Shown here piece by piece: positions 55,386-63,913 of a stretch of DNA of 64,000 bases (its first letter is position 1; each line of letters starts with the position of its first letter). Under the pieces are notes generated by a model, which saw only the letters and a program-made list of their open reading frames with translations, was not told the origin of the DNA and made no database searches. Source of the stretch: a virus (taxonomy: Duplodnaviria > Caudoviricetes). Position numbers and translations under genes: made by a program. The stretch lies in the IMG/VR virus record IMGVR_UViG_3300012890_000001, positions 2,278 through 66,277 of that record; one strand, given 5' to 3'.

Positions 55386-56039
55386 ATGAGCCACTTTACG
55401 ACGCTTGTCTTGACGACCCCCGGCCAGAGCCCTGAGGCCCTTCTTGCGCCCTTTGAGGAGTCCGTTCCGCATCCAGAAGTGTCGCCGTTCTTTGTGTTCC
55501 AGGACATCACTGACGAGTACGCAGAGCAGTACGCCAACGATACCTCAGAGCAAATCGCACTCGGAGATGGCACATTTGCTTGGCCCTGGGATGATCGTTT
55601 CAAAACGGGAGAGATGAAGTTCTTTGAACGCACGGTCGTCATCCCTCCGCACCTGAAGCGCGTCACTCGGAAGATGACGGAGATTTACCCGGACTTCCCT
55701 ACCTTTATGGACAAGCACTGCGGGTACACGGCGAATGCGGCGGGTCGGTTTGGGCATTGGAGCAACCCGGATGCTCACTGGGATTGGTACAGCCTGGGTG
55801 GGCGTTGGGCAGGCGCTTTCCATGCTGAGAAGCACGACATTTTTCCCCTTGCGGAATGGTCAGGCAAAACGCCCTTTGCGGTTATCACACCTGACGGCAA
55901 GTGGCACGAGAAGGGCTCCATGGGTTGGTGGGGCATGGTGGCCGACGAGAAAGAGCAGACAACTTGGGATGAGACTGTGAAGGCCCTGCTTGCCCAGTAC
56001 CCGGAGGCGGTGGCCTACAACTATGACCTCCACATCTAA
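55386..56039 (+). CDS. Conserved phage hypothetical protein
   Basis: MSHFTTLV, NPDAHWDWYSLGGRW, FAVITPDGKWHEKG.MGWWG, D.HI terminus. Confidence 0.8.
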   Translation: MSHFTTLVLTTPGQSPEALLAPFEESVPHPEVSPFFVFQDITDEYAEQYANDTSEQIALGDGTFAWPWDDRFKTGEMKFFERTVVIPPHLKRVTRKMTEIYPDFPTFMDKHCGYTANAAGRFGHWSNPDAHWDWYSLGGRWAGAFHAEKHDIFPLAEWSGKTPFAVITPDGKWHEKGSMGWWGMVADEKEQTTWDETVKALLAQYPEAVAYNYDLHI

Positions 56040-56226
56040 TCTCCTATCTTCTGCCTTCGCCACTGCCCTCCTCGCCGCCCTGTTCGGCCTGCTCTGGCAG
56101 CAGGAGCGCCGGGAGAACGCCCGGTTGAGGCGTGAGCAGGCGCTGACCCAGGAGGCCGTGCGAGAGGTGCGGGCTGCCCTCGCCCTACCCGGCTACACGC
56201 TGGAGCAACTGCTGGAGGGAGTATGA
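56023..56226 (+). CDS. Small membrane protein
   Basis: N-terminal hydrophobic helix plus coiled coil. Confidence 0.5.
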   Translation: MTSTSNLLSSAFATALLAALFGLLWQQERRENARLRREQALTQEAVREVRAALALPGYTLEQLLEGV

Positions 56227-56579
56227 GCTTAGACGTAACGCTGTACACCGTGAAGGAAGCGTGCCCGTGCTGCGGGAGAGACGCCGAGAAGATCGTTCAC
56301 CATGACGCCAACATCACCCACAACTTGAACAAGATGGCCGCCGAGGCGGGAATGTATGAGGCGCTGTGGCGTCCTGAAGAGAACGGGTACACACATGCCG
56401 GGCAGATCATCCCTGTACTTGAGAAGGGGCTAGCTGAGATGCAGGCCGACCCAGAGCGCTTCAAGGCGTTCGACAGCCCGAACGGTTGGGGGCTATACGA
56501 GCACTTCACCCCCTGGGTGTCGGAGTACCTCACCGCGTGCCGTGAGCACCCGGACGCGCTGATAGAGGCAGACCGATGA
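56223..56579 (+). CDS. Conserved phage hypothetical protein
   Basis: MSLDV.L, NITHNL..MA..AG, NGWG.YE, AC.EHPDA. Confidence 0.75.
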   Translation: MSLDVTLYTVKEACPCCGRDAEKIVHHDANITHNLNKMAAEAGMYEALWRPEENGYTHAGQIIPVLEKGLAEMQADPERFKAFDSPNGWGLYEHFTPWVSEYLTACREHPDALIEADR

Positions 56580-57001
56580 CCCCGACCTTACCGGAGACCC
56601 TGCGGGAGCTTGCGCGCATACGCCCCGATATCTTGGAGGTCCAGATGGGTTCGGGTGGGGATGAGCCCTGGGTGGCTTCATACGACATTGCCGGTCGTCC
56701 TGTCTGGTGGGGTGGCGACTGGCCCACATGGTGGAGTGATGGGCAGGCACGCTTAGAGTTTGCTCTCCGAGCAGCGTGTAAAGCTCTTGACTGGCACTGG
56801 GAGGTCAGCCCCGGCCGCGCCCGTGTGAGCGACTGGGACAGGCGCTGGGAGGATGCACAGGCAGACGACACCACCCACGCGTTCTGCTTGGCCTTCATCG
56901 CCTACCACAAGCAGCTCCATGCGCTTCAGGCTGCTGCGGAGGCTCAGGCCCGGCAGGAGCACCCGGAGAGCAAGTTCGACGTGGCAGGGACAACGCTGTG
57001 A
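56576..57001 (+). CDS. Hypothetical protein
   Basis: ATGA-coupled. Confidence 0.6.
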   Translation: MTPTLPETLRELARIRPDILEVQMGSGGDEPWVASYDIAGRPVWWGGDWPTWWSDGQARLEFALRAACKALDWHWEVSPGRARVSDWDRRWEDAQADDTTHAFCLAFIAYHKQLHALQAAAEAQARQEHPESKFDVAGTTL

Positions 57002-57564
57002 GACCACCGCATCCTGAAAACCTGATCCTGCTCGTGGACGTGGCGGCCAGCTACGGCGTCACGGTGGACGGCCTGAAGCGGGCGCTGAGGCGGAACAACA
57101 AACCGGTCTATATCGTGGGCAACCGCACCGCCGCCACCATCACTTCTCTGGAGTGGTACAGCAAGCGCCGGGAGGCGAAGGCCCCGGGTGTCAGTGCCCG
57201 GCCACACGGCTGGTGGGGCATCAAGCGTGCCGCCGAGTTCCTCGGTGTGGACATCTCAGCCCTCCACCAGATGATGCTGACCGGCGTGCTGAGTGGAGCG
57301 CGCTACAGGCACTCCTATCTGTTCGACCCCACTGAGCTTGAAGTGCTGCGTCAGAAGCGGCCCCCGGTTCCGGTCGGCTGGGTTCAGGTGCGTCATCTCG
57401 CCCCGGAGTTCGGGATGTCCCGTGTCGGCCTCGCCAAGCGCATCCATCGCCTGCACATCCCGGCTTCCATTTACTACGAGCAGGGGCAGGGGAAGGGAAG
57501 CCCGCGCTGTCTGTGCATCCGTGAGGCCGACGCCGCTTTTCTGCGCGCTCGGTGGGCAGCATGA
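56998..57564 (+). CDS. Multi-HTH (excisionase/MerR-like) DNA-binding protein
   Basis: IKRAAEFLGVDISALHQMM..G.L...Y.FDP.EL plus two further HTH-like segments. Confidence 0.65.
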   Translation: MRPPHPENLILLVDVAASYGVTVDGLKRALRRNNKPVYIVGNRTAATITSLEWYSKRREAKAPGVSARPHGWWGIKRAAEFLGVDISALHQMMLTGVLSGARYRHSYLFDPTELEVLRQKRPPVPVGWVQVRHLAPEFGMSRVGLAKRIHRLHIPASIYYEQGQGKGSPRCLCIREADAAFLRARWAA

Positions 57565-57878
57565 CCCCCTCTCCCGTTGAGGAACTCGCGCTGGCCTACG
57601 TCGAGCATCAGCCGGAGCTGGCGGCCCTGATGCGGGCGCAGCACGCTAAAGGCCTTGAGCACTACGGCCAGAGCATCAGTGAGTGGAAGGCTAAGGTGCC
57701 GGAGCGTGCGCATGAGACGAACGCCGAGGGGTGCGACTTCATCACCTATCTCCTGGCACTGGACCCGGATGAGTTTCTGCTGGACTGCCACCGAATCGCG
57801 TACATCATGCAGCGCGTCCTCCGCTACCGAGACCGGCAGGAGAGCGACCCGATGCGGAGCGTAAGGAGGGACACATGA
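57561..57878 (+). CDS. Hypothetical helical protein
   Basis: KGLEHYG...E..D...YL, weakly resembling the MazG-like fold. Confidence 0.5.
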   Translation: MTPSPVEELALAYVEHQPELAALMRAQHAKGLEHYGQSISEWKAKVPERAHETNAEGCDFITYLLALDPDEFLLDCHRIAYIMQRVLRYRDRQESDPMRSVRRDT

Positions 57879-58099
57879 TTTCCGAACTGACCCTGAAGCT
57901 CACAGGTAGGGTTATGAGCCTGGATTCCAGTGTCGAAAACGTCTCCACAGTGACCGTGGATAGCCTGAAGCTTCCAATGCCCGAGGACTTCAGCATAGAA
58001 ATGGTGCGGGGCATTCAGACGTTTAAGCTGGCCTATACCACCCCCGAAGCATGCGCGGCTGTAGTTCAGGCACTGAAGAAAGGGCAGGAGCCGCTGTGA
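57875..58099 (+). CDS. Hypothetical protein
   Basis: AAGGAGG RBS. Confidence 0.6.
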   Translation: MISELTLKLTGRVMSLDSSVENVSTVTVDSLKLPMPEDFSIEMVRGIQTFKLAYTTPEACAAVVQALKKGQEPL

Positions 58100-58263
58100 G
58101 CTGGTTTCACATCATTGCGGCGGTCCTCGTGCTCATTTATTGCCTCTTCAGCGTGACTAGGTCGGGGGATAAAAAGCGCGATTGGCCGGAGCGCAACTAT
58201 CACATGACCAACTCCTGCTACTGGCTCATCCTGCTGATCTGGCTTGTGGATGGTTTCAAGTGA
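58096..58263 (+). CDS. Small 2-TM membrane protein
   Basis: AGGAG plus GTG; two hydrophobic segments. Confidence 0.5.
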   Translation: MSWFHIIAAVLVLIYCLFSVTRSGDKKRDWPERNYHMTNSCYWLILLIWLVDGFK

Positions 58264-58406
58264 ACTGGCTGCTGTTCATCATGTGCGCCCTGGCCCTGCT
58301 CGGCTCAGCGAACGAGAGGCAGACCAGCGTGGGCGGAGGCATCGTGGCGGCCTCAGCGGTGGCCGGGATGGTGGCCGCCGTGCTGATTCAGTGGGGCCGG
58401 ATATGA
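58260..58406 (+). CDS. Small 2-TM membrane protein
   Basis: GTGA overlap; two hydrophobic segments. Confidence 0.5.
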   Translation: MNWLLFIMCALALLGSANERQTSVGGGIVAASAVAGMVAAVLIQWGRI

Positions 58407-58774
58407 ACGCCCGGCAGCGGAGGAAGGTCCAGAAGATCAAGGCGGAGCCCTGGCCTTCACGTTCATGGCATGGCAAGTCGTGGTCTGGAACCTACGGATG
58501 GGTAAGGGTACGTCGAAGCAATGACTTCAGGTATGCGCTCGAAGAGCAGCGAATCTGGTGGCTCGTGCAGGCCGCACTGAAGCAGGGGCGCGTGCATACC
58601 CGCAGGCGGCTGTGGTGTGGCACCTGTGGCAAGTATCGAGGGTGGATGAATCTCGCCCAGGACTGCCCGGAGTGTGCCGCCTTCTGGCGCCGTGCAGCCC
58701 GTGATGGCTCAATTGCGGGCACGCCCCGCCCGGATGACATCGGCCTGTGCCTGAGCGCAACGGAGGAGCAATGA
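58403..58774 (+). CDS. Basic zinc-ribbon protein
   Basis: MNARQRRK; CGTCG...CPEC. Confidence 0.55.
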   Translation: MNARQRRKVQKIKAEPWPSRSWHGKSWSGTYGWVRVRRSNDFRYALEEQRIWWLVQAALKQGRVHTRRRLWCGTCGKYRGWMNLAQDCPECAAFWRRAARDGSIAGTPRPDDIGLCLSATEEQ

Positions 58775-58962
58775 GCGACCGCACTACCGCTGTTTGGTAC
58801 TACTCAGAACGCTTCCTCTTTCTGCCCTGGCAGACCACGTTCAAGTGCGAGAGCTGTCAGCAAATCAGCACGATCAAGCTGGACCCAGACAAGAACAGCT
58901 GGTGCAGATGCCCGTCCTGTGGGTCCAGCTGCACTTTGGCAGCACCGGAGGTACGCTCTTGA
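58771..58962 (+). CDS. Small zinc-ribbon protein
   Basis: CESC...CPSCG; GGAGG RBS. Confidence 0.6.
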   Translation: MSDRTTAVWYYSERFLFLPWQTTFKCESCQQISTIKLDPDKNSWCRCPSCGSSCTLAAPEVRS

Positions 58963-59654
58963 CCCGCACCATGCCCCCCGTCGTCCTGACGTGCTCGACC
59001 CTTGCCAGCGCCCGCTTGAGTCTGCTGAGAGTGGCGCAGAACGCCCTTGCTGTAGCCTTGCTGGCCTCCCGCAACGCCCCCCGCCCCGGAGCGCACGCCC
59101 AGGCCCCGAACGGTGGCAGCCGAGTCAGCACGCCCGGAGGCAGTGAGGTGCAGACGCTGGCCGGCATCGACAAGCGCCTTGAGGAAGCGTACAACCGGCA
59201 GGCCATGACCGAGCCGGACACCGAGGCCCGTGCTGCCGCTGACAAGGCCCTGGACCGGCTGGAGAGCCACCGTGCGAGTATCCAGGCGCAGCTTGACGCC
59301 CTGACCGTCAGCGCCCCCGTGAGGCCCGGTCTGCGTGACACGTACACCGTGATCATCCCCGCCCTGCACGTCCGGGTCGAGGGTGTGGAGTACGTCAGCG
59401 ACCTGACCCGCCTGAAGGTCGAGGTGGACCCGCAGACCCCGAACTATGACCGCTACCTCGGCAGGGGCGAATGGCCGGGACACCAGGCGGAGGGCAAGTG
59501 GCCCCTGTATTTGCCGAGAGGAAACAAGGCGGGTATGCAGCTGGCTCAGGGCGCCGAGAGCTGGCATGTTGAGCTGATTGAATCTATCTGGGCAGGCCGT
59601 TCGTTGCCCGAACTGCGCCAAAGCATGGTCATTCAGGCCGAGGAGGCTCAGTGA
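58959..59654 (+). CDS. Hypothetical protein
   Basis: GGAGG plus TTG at 58959. Confidence 0.6.
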   Translation: MTRTMPPVVLTCSTLASARLSLLRVAQNALAVALLASRNAPRPGAHAQAPNGGSRVSTPGGSEVQTLAGIDKRLEEAYNRQAMTEPDTEARAAADKALDRLESHRASIQAQLDALTVSAPVRPGLRDTYTVIIPALHVRVEGVEYVSDLTRLKVEVDPQTPNYDRYLGRGEWPGHQAEGKWPLYLPRGNKAGMQLAQGAESWHVELIESIWAGRSLPELRQSMVIQAEEAQ

Positions 59655-59791
59655 ACACCTCAACAGTTGCGCCGCGCCATGTGTCAAGCTATAATTCAGC
59701 TATCGTTCCAAGTCATCCCAGCGGCCATCGGGCCGCTCTCAACGTTTCGCCTACTTTCGGAGTCAGAAAGATGGCAACGGCGCGAGGTGTC

Positions 59792-60001
59792 ATGACTTCA
59801 CTGTCTCCGTATTCCTGTGCAGTCATGTCCGTCTGGGCCTGGATGCGCCATATCCGCTCTTGGCCTGCCGACCGCGTGAACCTCGTGCTGGCTGAGCATG
59901 GCCCACACCTGCCCGCTGAGTACCGCGCGGCCCTGTTCGCTGAGGTGAAGTACCGCCGAGATTGCCCAGACAGCCGGGGCGGCGGCGGTTGGAGAGAGTA
60001 A
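59792..60001 (+). CDS. Small hypothetical protein
   Basis: GAGG plus ATG 59792, downstream of TATAAT at 59690-59695. Confidence 0.5.
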   Translation: MTSLSPYSCAVMSVWAWMRHIRSWPADRVNLVLAEHGPHLPAEYRAALFAEVKYRRDCPDSRGGGGWRE

Positions 60002-60032
60002 GTCGTGTTAAATGCGTCCCACAGGGCAAAAA

Positions 60033-60162
60033 GTGCTAAAATAAACGTGTCCCAGCGGTGTATCAGCACCCTGGAACGTGGAGCCGAGTGTGCGGCTCAG
60101 GTGGCAGTTTATGCCCCTGGCATCGCTATTTCAACACACGGCTCACGGGAGAACCTGTGAGC
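60033..60162 (+). promoter_or_regulatory. Promoter and structured leader of HNH gene
   Basis: TGCTAAAAT, GGTG-TATCAG-CACC hairpin, GCTCACGGG/CCTGTGAGC hairpin over SD and GTG; aligns with 32180-32041. Confidence 0.7.
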
Positions 60163-60675
60163 GATTTTATTGAACTGCCGTTGAATGGTAAGGATGGGAT
60201 GGGCAAGGCTGTAAAGATTTCACCTGAAGATTGGATTTGGGCTCAAGAGTATCGGTGGGTGTTCAATCAAACGAAACACAATAAAGGATATGTCGTTACG
60301 TGGAAGAAAGGTAAGCGCCACTACCTCCATCGTATGATATGCACGGGCAAGGTCGTAGATCACATTAACCGGGATACGCTAGATAATCGGCGTGAGAATC
60401 TACGTGCGTGCACATATGTTAGTAATGCTCATAATGCCAAAGCATCTGACGGTAAAACATCCGCGTACAAAGGTGTTTACAAGCAAAAGAGGAAAACTGC
60501 TGGAATGGACCGATGGCGAGCCGACATCATGTGCAATGGCGTGCGCAAGCGGATTGGTACGTTTCACACCGAGATAGAAGCGGCACGGGCATATGACGTT
60601 GAGGCCAGGATTTTCTTCGGTGAGTTTGCCTTCCTTAATTTCCCAGAGGCGGAAATTATGAGTAGCCCTGCGTGA
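60157..60675 (+). CDS. HNH-AP2 homing endonuclease
   Basis: LHRMI...VDHINRDTLDNRRENLR; YKGV...WRA.I...IGTF.TE.EAARAYD..A...FGEFA.LNF; low GC. Confidence 0.92.
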   Translation: MSDFIELPLNGKDGMGKAVKISPEDWIWAQEYRWVFNQTKHNKGYVVTWKKGKRHYLHRMICTGKVVDHINRDTLDNRRENLRACTYVSNAHNAKASDGKTSAYKGVYKQKRKTAGMDRWRADIMCNGVRKRIGTFHTEIEAARAYDVEARIFFGEFAFLNFPEAEIMSSPA

Positions 60676-60733
60676 TCTTGACCAGGGGGTTCCCATCGTC
60701 CACTTCTAAGGAGTCATCAATGCGCCGTGACAA

Positions 60734-62071
60734 TTGGACCCCCTACCTATGACCCCAGAGCAGTATCTCCAGTCGGTCTATGACATAGGCGAGAAGCTGC
60801 CCGGCAAAGACCGCGTGGTGGCGAAGTGCGGGTGCAACTACGGAGAAGCAGCGCGGGCCATTGCCATCTTCAAGGTCGCCCACCCCGACGCCCGTGCAGG
60901 TCTCAACAGGCCCATGAAGGCGAAGGCTGCCCCGGCGGCTGATGCTGCCCCTACTCCCCAGACGGAATGGCGAGAGAGCGGCGACAATGCCACCCTGGAG
61001 TTCAAGAGCTTCACCGAGATCACGAACGTCGAACAGCTGCTGGATGTGGCCGGCGTAGACCGGGAACTCTGGGAAGTCGGCACCCATACCGTGAACACCT
61101 GGACCATGCCGGCGGGGAAGGACAGCGAGGAGGTGCGCGTACGCCTCTGGCAGGTGAAGGCCACGCTCAAGCGTAGGAACGAGGTGGCCGACCTACGCCG
61201 GCTTCAGGCCGAGACGCTGGCCGCCATCGCCGCCCACGCGCCGAGCTACAGCCCGATTCAGCGCCCGCCGACCACCGGGGGTCACCTACTGCTGCTGAGC
61301 CCCTCAGACGCCCACCTGGGCAAGCTGAGCTATGCCGCTGAGACCGGCCACGCCTACGACCTCCAGACCGCCGTGAGCCGCGTGCGCCACAGCATCCGCA
61401 GCCTCACCGCCGACGCCCTGCACCACGGGCTGGAACGCATCGTGCTCGTGGTCGGGAATGACCTGCTCCAGACCGACGGCAACAACGATGGCAAGACCAC
61501 GACCTCTGGCACGTCCGTCGATGTCGGGGCCCGCTACGCTGAGGTGTACAACGCCGCCGTGCAGCTCATCCTGGGCGAAGTCGAATGGCTGACCCAGTAC
61601 GCGCCGGTCACGGTGCTCCCCGTCCCGGGCAACCATGATCGCACCACGGTCATGCACCTCGGCGCCCTCCTCGCAGCGGTGTTCGCCAACAACGCCAACG
61701 TGACGGTGGATGCCCGCCCGACCTCCCGGAAGTATTACCAGCACGGCTCGGTCCTGCTGGGCTTCACGCACGGCAACGAGGAACGCCCCGCCAGCCTCCC
61801 ACAGATCATGGCGGCAGAGCAGCGCGCCGCCTGGGCAGAGACCCACTGCCGCGAGTGGATCACCGGACACCATCATCGAAAAGCTGAACGTCAGTTCATG
61901 CCGCTGATCGAGGACGGGGGTGTGACCATCCGAACCATCCCGGCGCTCAGCTCAACCGATTCGTGGCACGCCCTGAAGGGCTACCACTCGCAGGCCGCAG
62001 GTCAGGCCATCGTGTACAGCCGCAGCGGCCTCCGGGCGCAGTACCACCACGCAGTCGAGGAGGCGGTGTAA
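60734..62071 (+). CDS. Calcineurin-like metallophosphoesterase
   Basis: SDAHLG, GND...D, PGNHD, THG, GHHH motifs. Confidence 0.85.
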   Translation: MDPLPMTPEQYLQSVYDIGEKLPGKDRVVAKCGCNYGEAARAIAIFKVAHPDARAGLNRPMKAKAAPAADAAPTPQTEWRESGDNATLEFKSFTEITNVEQLLDVAGVDRELWEVGTHTVNTWTMPAGKDSEEVRVRLWQVKATLKRRNEVADLRRLQAETLAAIAAHAPSYSPIQRPPTTGGHLLLLSPSDAHLGKLSYAAETGHAYDLQTAVSRVRHSIRSLTADALHHGLERIVLVVGNDLLQTDGNNDGKTTTSGTSVDVGARYAEVYNAAVQLILGEVEWLTQYAPVTVLPVPGNHDRTTVMHLGALLAAVFANNANVTVDARPTSRKYYQHGSVLLGFTHGNEERPASLPQIMAAEQRAAWAETHCREWITGHHHRKAERQFMPLIEDGGVTIRTIPALSSTDSWHALKGYHSQAAGQAIVYSRSGLRAQYHHAVEEAV

Positions 62072-62505
62072 TGACAGTGATTCCAAACGTTCACGGGCAG
62101 TTTGAGATCAGGCGACATGGCAGTGACGGGCACGATGGCCTGCTCTACTGCTCCTACTGTGGCTCTATCACTCTGGCAGCGTTCCTAGCCGGACTGGGCC
62201 AGGGTGCGCGGCCTGAACTTGCAGACCGGAAGTACGGCTATCTGCACAAGATCTACCTTGACCACATTCCCACCATTGAGCACTGGCGGGCCTACCAATC
62301 AACTGAGCAGGTCACGAAGAAGAGTGAGACAGGGCAGGCAACGGAGAAAGTGCAGACCCGCACGCTCCAGCTTCACCGCACAACGCGCGCCAAGTTCTAT
62401 ACCGACCACGTGAAGGACGGCTCTGAGGAAGATCAGAAGGCGTACTGGACGTGGCTGAATGGTTACGTGGGCGCTCGCCTCGTTGTTTCAAGCCCCGTTC
62501 AGTGA
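62071..62505 (+). CDS. Hypothetical protein
   Basis: TAATG coupling; CSYCGS, DRKYGY.HKIY, KFY..H. Confidence 0.65.
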   Translation: MTVIPNVHGQFEIRRHGSDGHDGLLYCSYCGSITLAAFLAGLGQGARPELADRKYGYLHKIYLDHIPTIEHWRAYQSTEQVTKKSETGQATEKVQTRTLQLHRTTRAKFYTDHVKDGSEEDQKAYWTWLNGYVGARLVVSSPVQ

Positions 62506-62580
62506 GGCCCTGGCAGACCAGACGGGAGCGCCTCGCCCACTGGCGCATGACCAGAGGCACTCGCAGGAACGCTAATCGGT

Positions 62581-62865
62581 GTGGCCGAATCCTTCAGCGG
62601 AGGCGCGATGAATAGAGCGCTCTACCTCATGGGCTACACCCCAGAGCAAGCCGAGGAGCTTGAACGGGCCTACGCTGCGCAATGTCAGGCCCGGAGTGTC
62701 CCCTACGACGTGGGCGCCCTTGAGGACTTGGCACGCCAGTTCAAGAGTGCGGAGTTCAAGGGCACGATGCAGAACATTGGCCGCCAGGATCGACTGAAGG
62801 CGAGTAACGCCAAGCCCCACAGCGGGCAGAAGGTTAGGTCAACCCACCCGGCCCTGCGCCGCTAG
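62581..62865 (+). CDS. Hypothetical protein
   Basis: ORF; true start may be the ATG after GGAGG. Confidence 0.5.
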   Translation: MAESFSGGAMNRALYLMGYTPEQAEELERAYAAQCQARSVPYDVGALEDLARQFKSAEFKGTMQNIGRQDRLKASNAKPHSGQKVRSTHPALRR

Positions 62866-62908
62866 CCCTGCTTGCGCTGACCTTCGGAGCCCCGAAAGAG
62901 GAGAGAGT

Positions 62909-63103
62909 ATGACCGATACCAAGCAGACCGCCGCTGTTCCCGTTGCACCCTTCAGCCTTGGCCGCCAGTGGGAGCCGGGTGAGTTCGAGCGGGTCAGTCT
63001 GGAAACGTTCATTGGCAGCGTCGAGGCGAACCTGGATAACCCGGAGTGGCTGGCGGTGCTGTGCAAGTCGCAGCGTGAGGCCGCCGGGCTCCCGAGGCGC
63101 TGA
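62909..63103 (+). CDS. Hypothetical protein
   Basis: GAGGAG RBS. Confidence 0.55.
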   Translation: MTDTKQTAAVPVAPFSLGRQWEPGEFERVSLETFIGSVEANLDNPEWLAVLCKSQREAAGLPRR

Positions 63104-63318
63104 TGCCTGAGCAGATGCCGAGGTGCGAAACCTGCAAGCACTGGGGCACCGCAGGGAATTACACGAAGGATGGATCAAAGGAGTGCAAGCGAATCCCAGC
63201 CGGGAGTGAGCACGACGGCAACCCAGCCTTCCCTGCATTCACTTGGTATGACGACAGTGCCCTGTGTACCTCGCCGGACTTCGGCTGCACCCTGCACGAG
63301 CCGAGGAGTGAGACGTGA
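63103..63318 (+). CDS. Small Cys-rich protein
   Basis: CETCKHW...C...T.PDFGC..H. Confidence 0.6.
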   Translation: MPEQMPRCETCKHWGTAGNYTKDGSKECKRIPAGSEHDGNPAFPAFTWYDDSALCTSPDFGCTLHEPRSET

Positions 63319-63569
63319 CCGTAGCTGAGCTGATCGCTGACCTACGACGGCTTGACCCTGAGGCCGAAGTCTGGGAAGTAGATGCTCGGCACGAGCTTCA
63401 TCCAAAAACCTCCGCCCCAGACTTGGAGCACATCAATTTCCGACCTTCGCAGCGGTTTATCAACTATGGGTTCAAGCCTGAAGAGATTGAGACCGGTGAG
63501 TGGCGTGTCACAGCAAAGGGCGTTTTGGTGGATGGCGACACGCAGACGAAGCGGGTTGTACTTCTTTAG
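63315..63569 (+). CDS. Hypothetical protein
   Basis: MTVAELIADL..LDPEAEV. Confidence 0.65.
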   Translation: MTVAELIADLRRLDPEAEVWEVDARHELHPKTSAPDLEHINFRPSQRFINYGFKPEEIETGEWRVTAKGVLVDGDTQTKRVVLL

Positions 63570-63822
63570 CCCCGCCCGGTCTCGCCGCACCGTGAAAACG
63601 CGGCCGTATCGGTCGAACAGCCATAAGGGCTGGGAAGCCGCTCACTCGCCCTCTAGGGCTTATTTAAACAGTCGTGCCAAACACGGGTGCTGCTTCGACC
63701 AGACCGGGGCACCAAGCCGCCAGAGTGCGGATACTTCGCCAGTGAGGCTGGCAGACACCAGGGATAGACCTGGGTTCCCCCGGAACAGAACGGGCGCGCG
63801 CGGGGCCGCGAATGCCCCCGCT
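63569..63822 (+). ncRNA. Highly structured non-coding region
   Basis: Nested long-range stems and many short hairpins; no credible CDS. Confidence 0.45.
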
Positions 63823-63826
63823 TCAT

Positions 63827-63877
63827 GGAGAGCCAGAGCAGGTGGCACCGGAGGTTCGAGCCCTCCACTCTCCACCA
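63827..63877 (+). ncRNA. Truncated tRNA-like element (acceptor stem, T-arm, CCA)
   Basis: GGAGAG...GGAGG-TTCGAGC-CCTCC-ACTCTCC-A-CCA; no anticodon arm. Confidence 0.55.
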
Positions 63878-63913
63878 CAGCACGACCCCCATCGCCGTAC
63901 AGGAGAACAGAAC

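Noticed and set aside
63569-63877. Canonical tRNA or tmRNA
   Set aside because: No anticodon arm, and no G3-U70 alanine identity or tag reading frame that I can identify.
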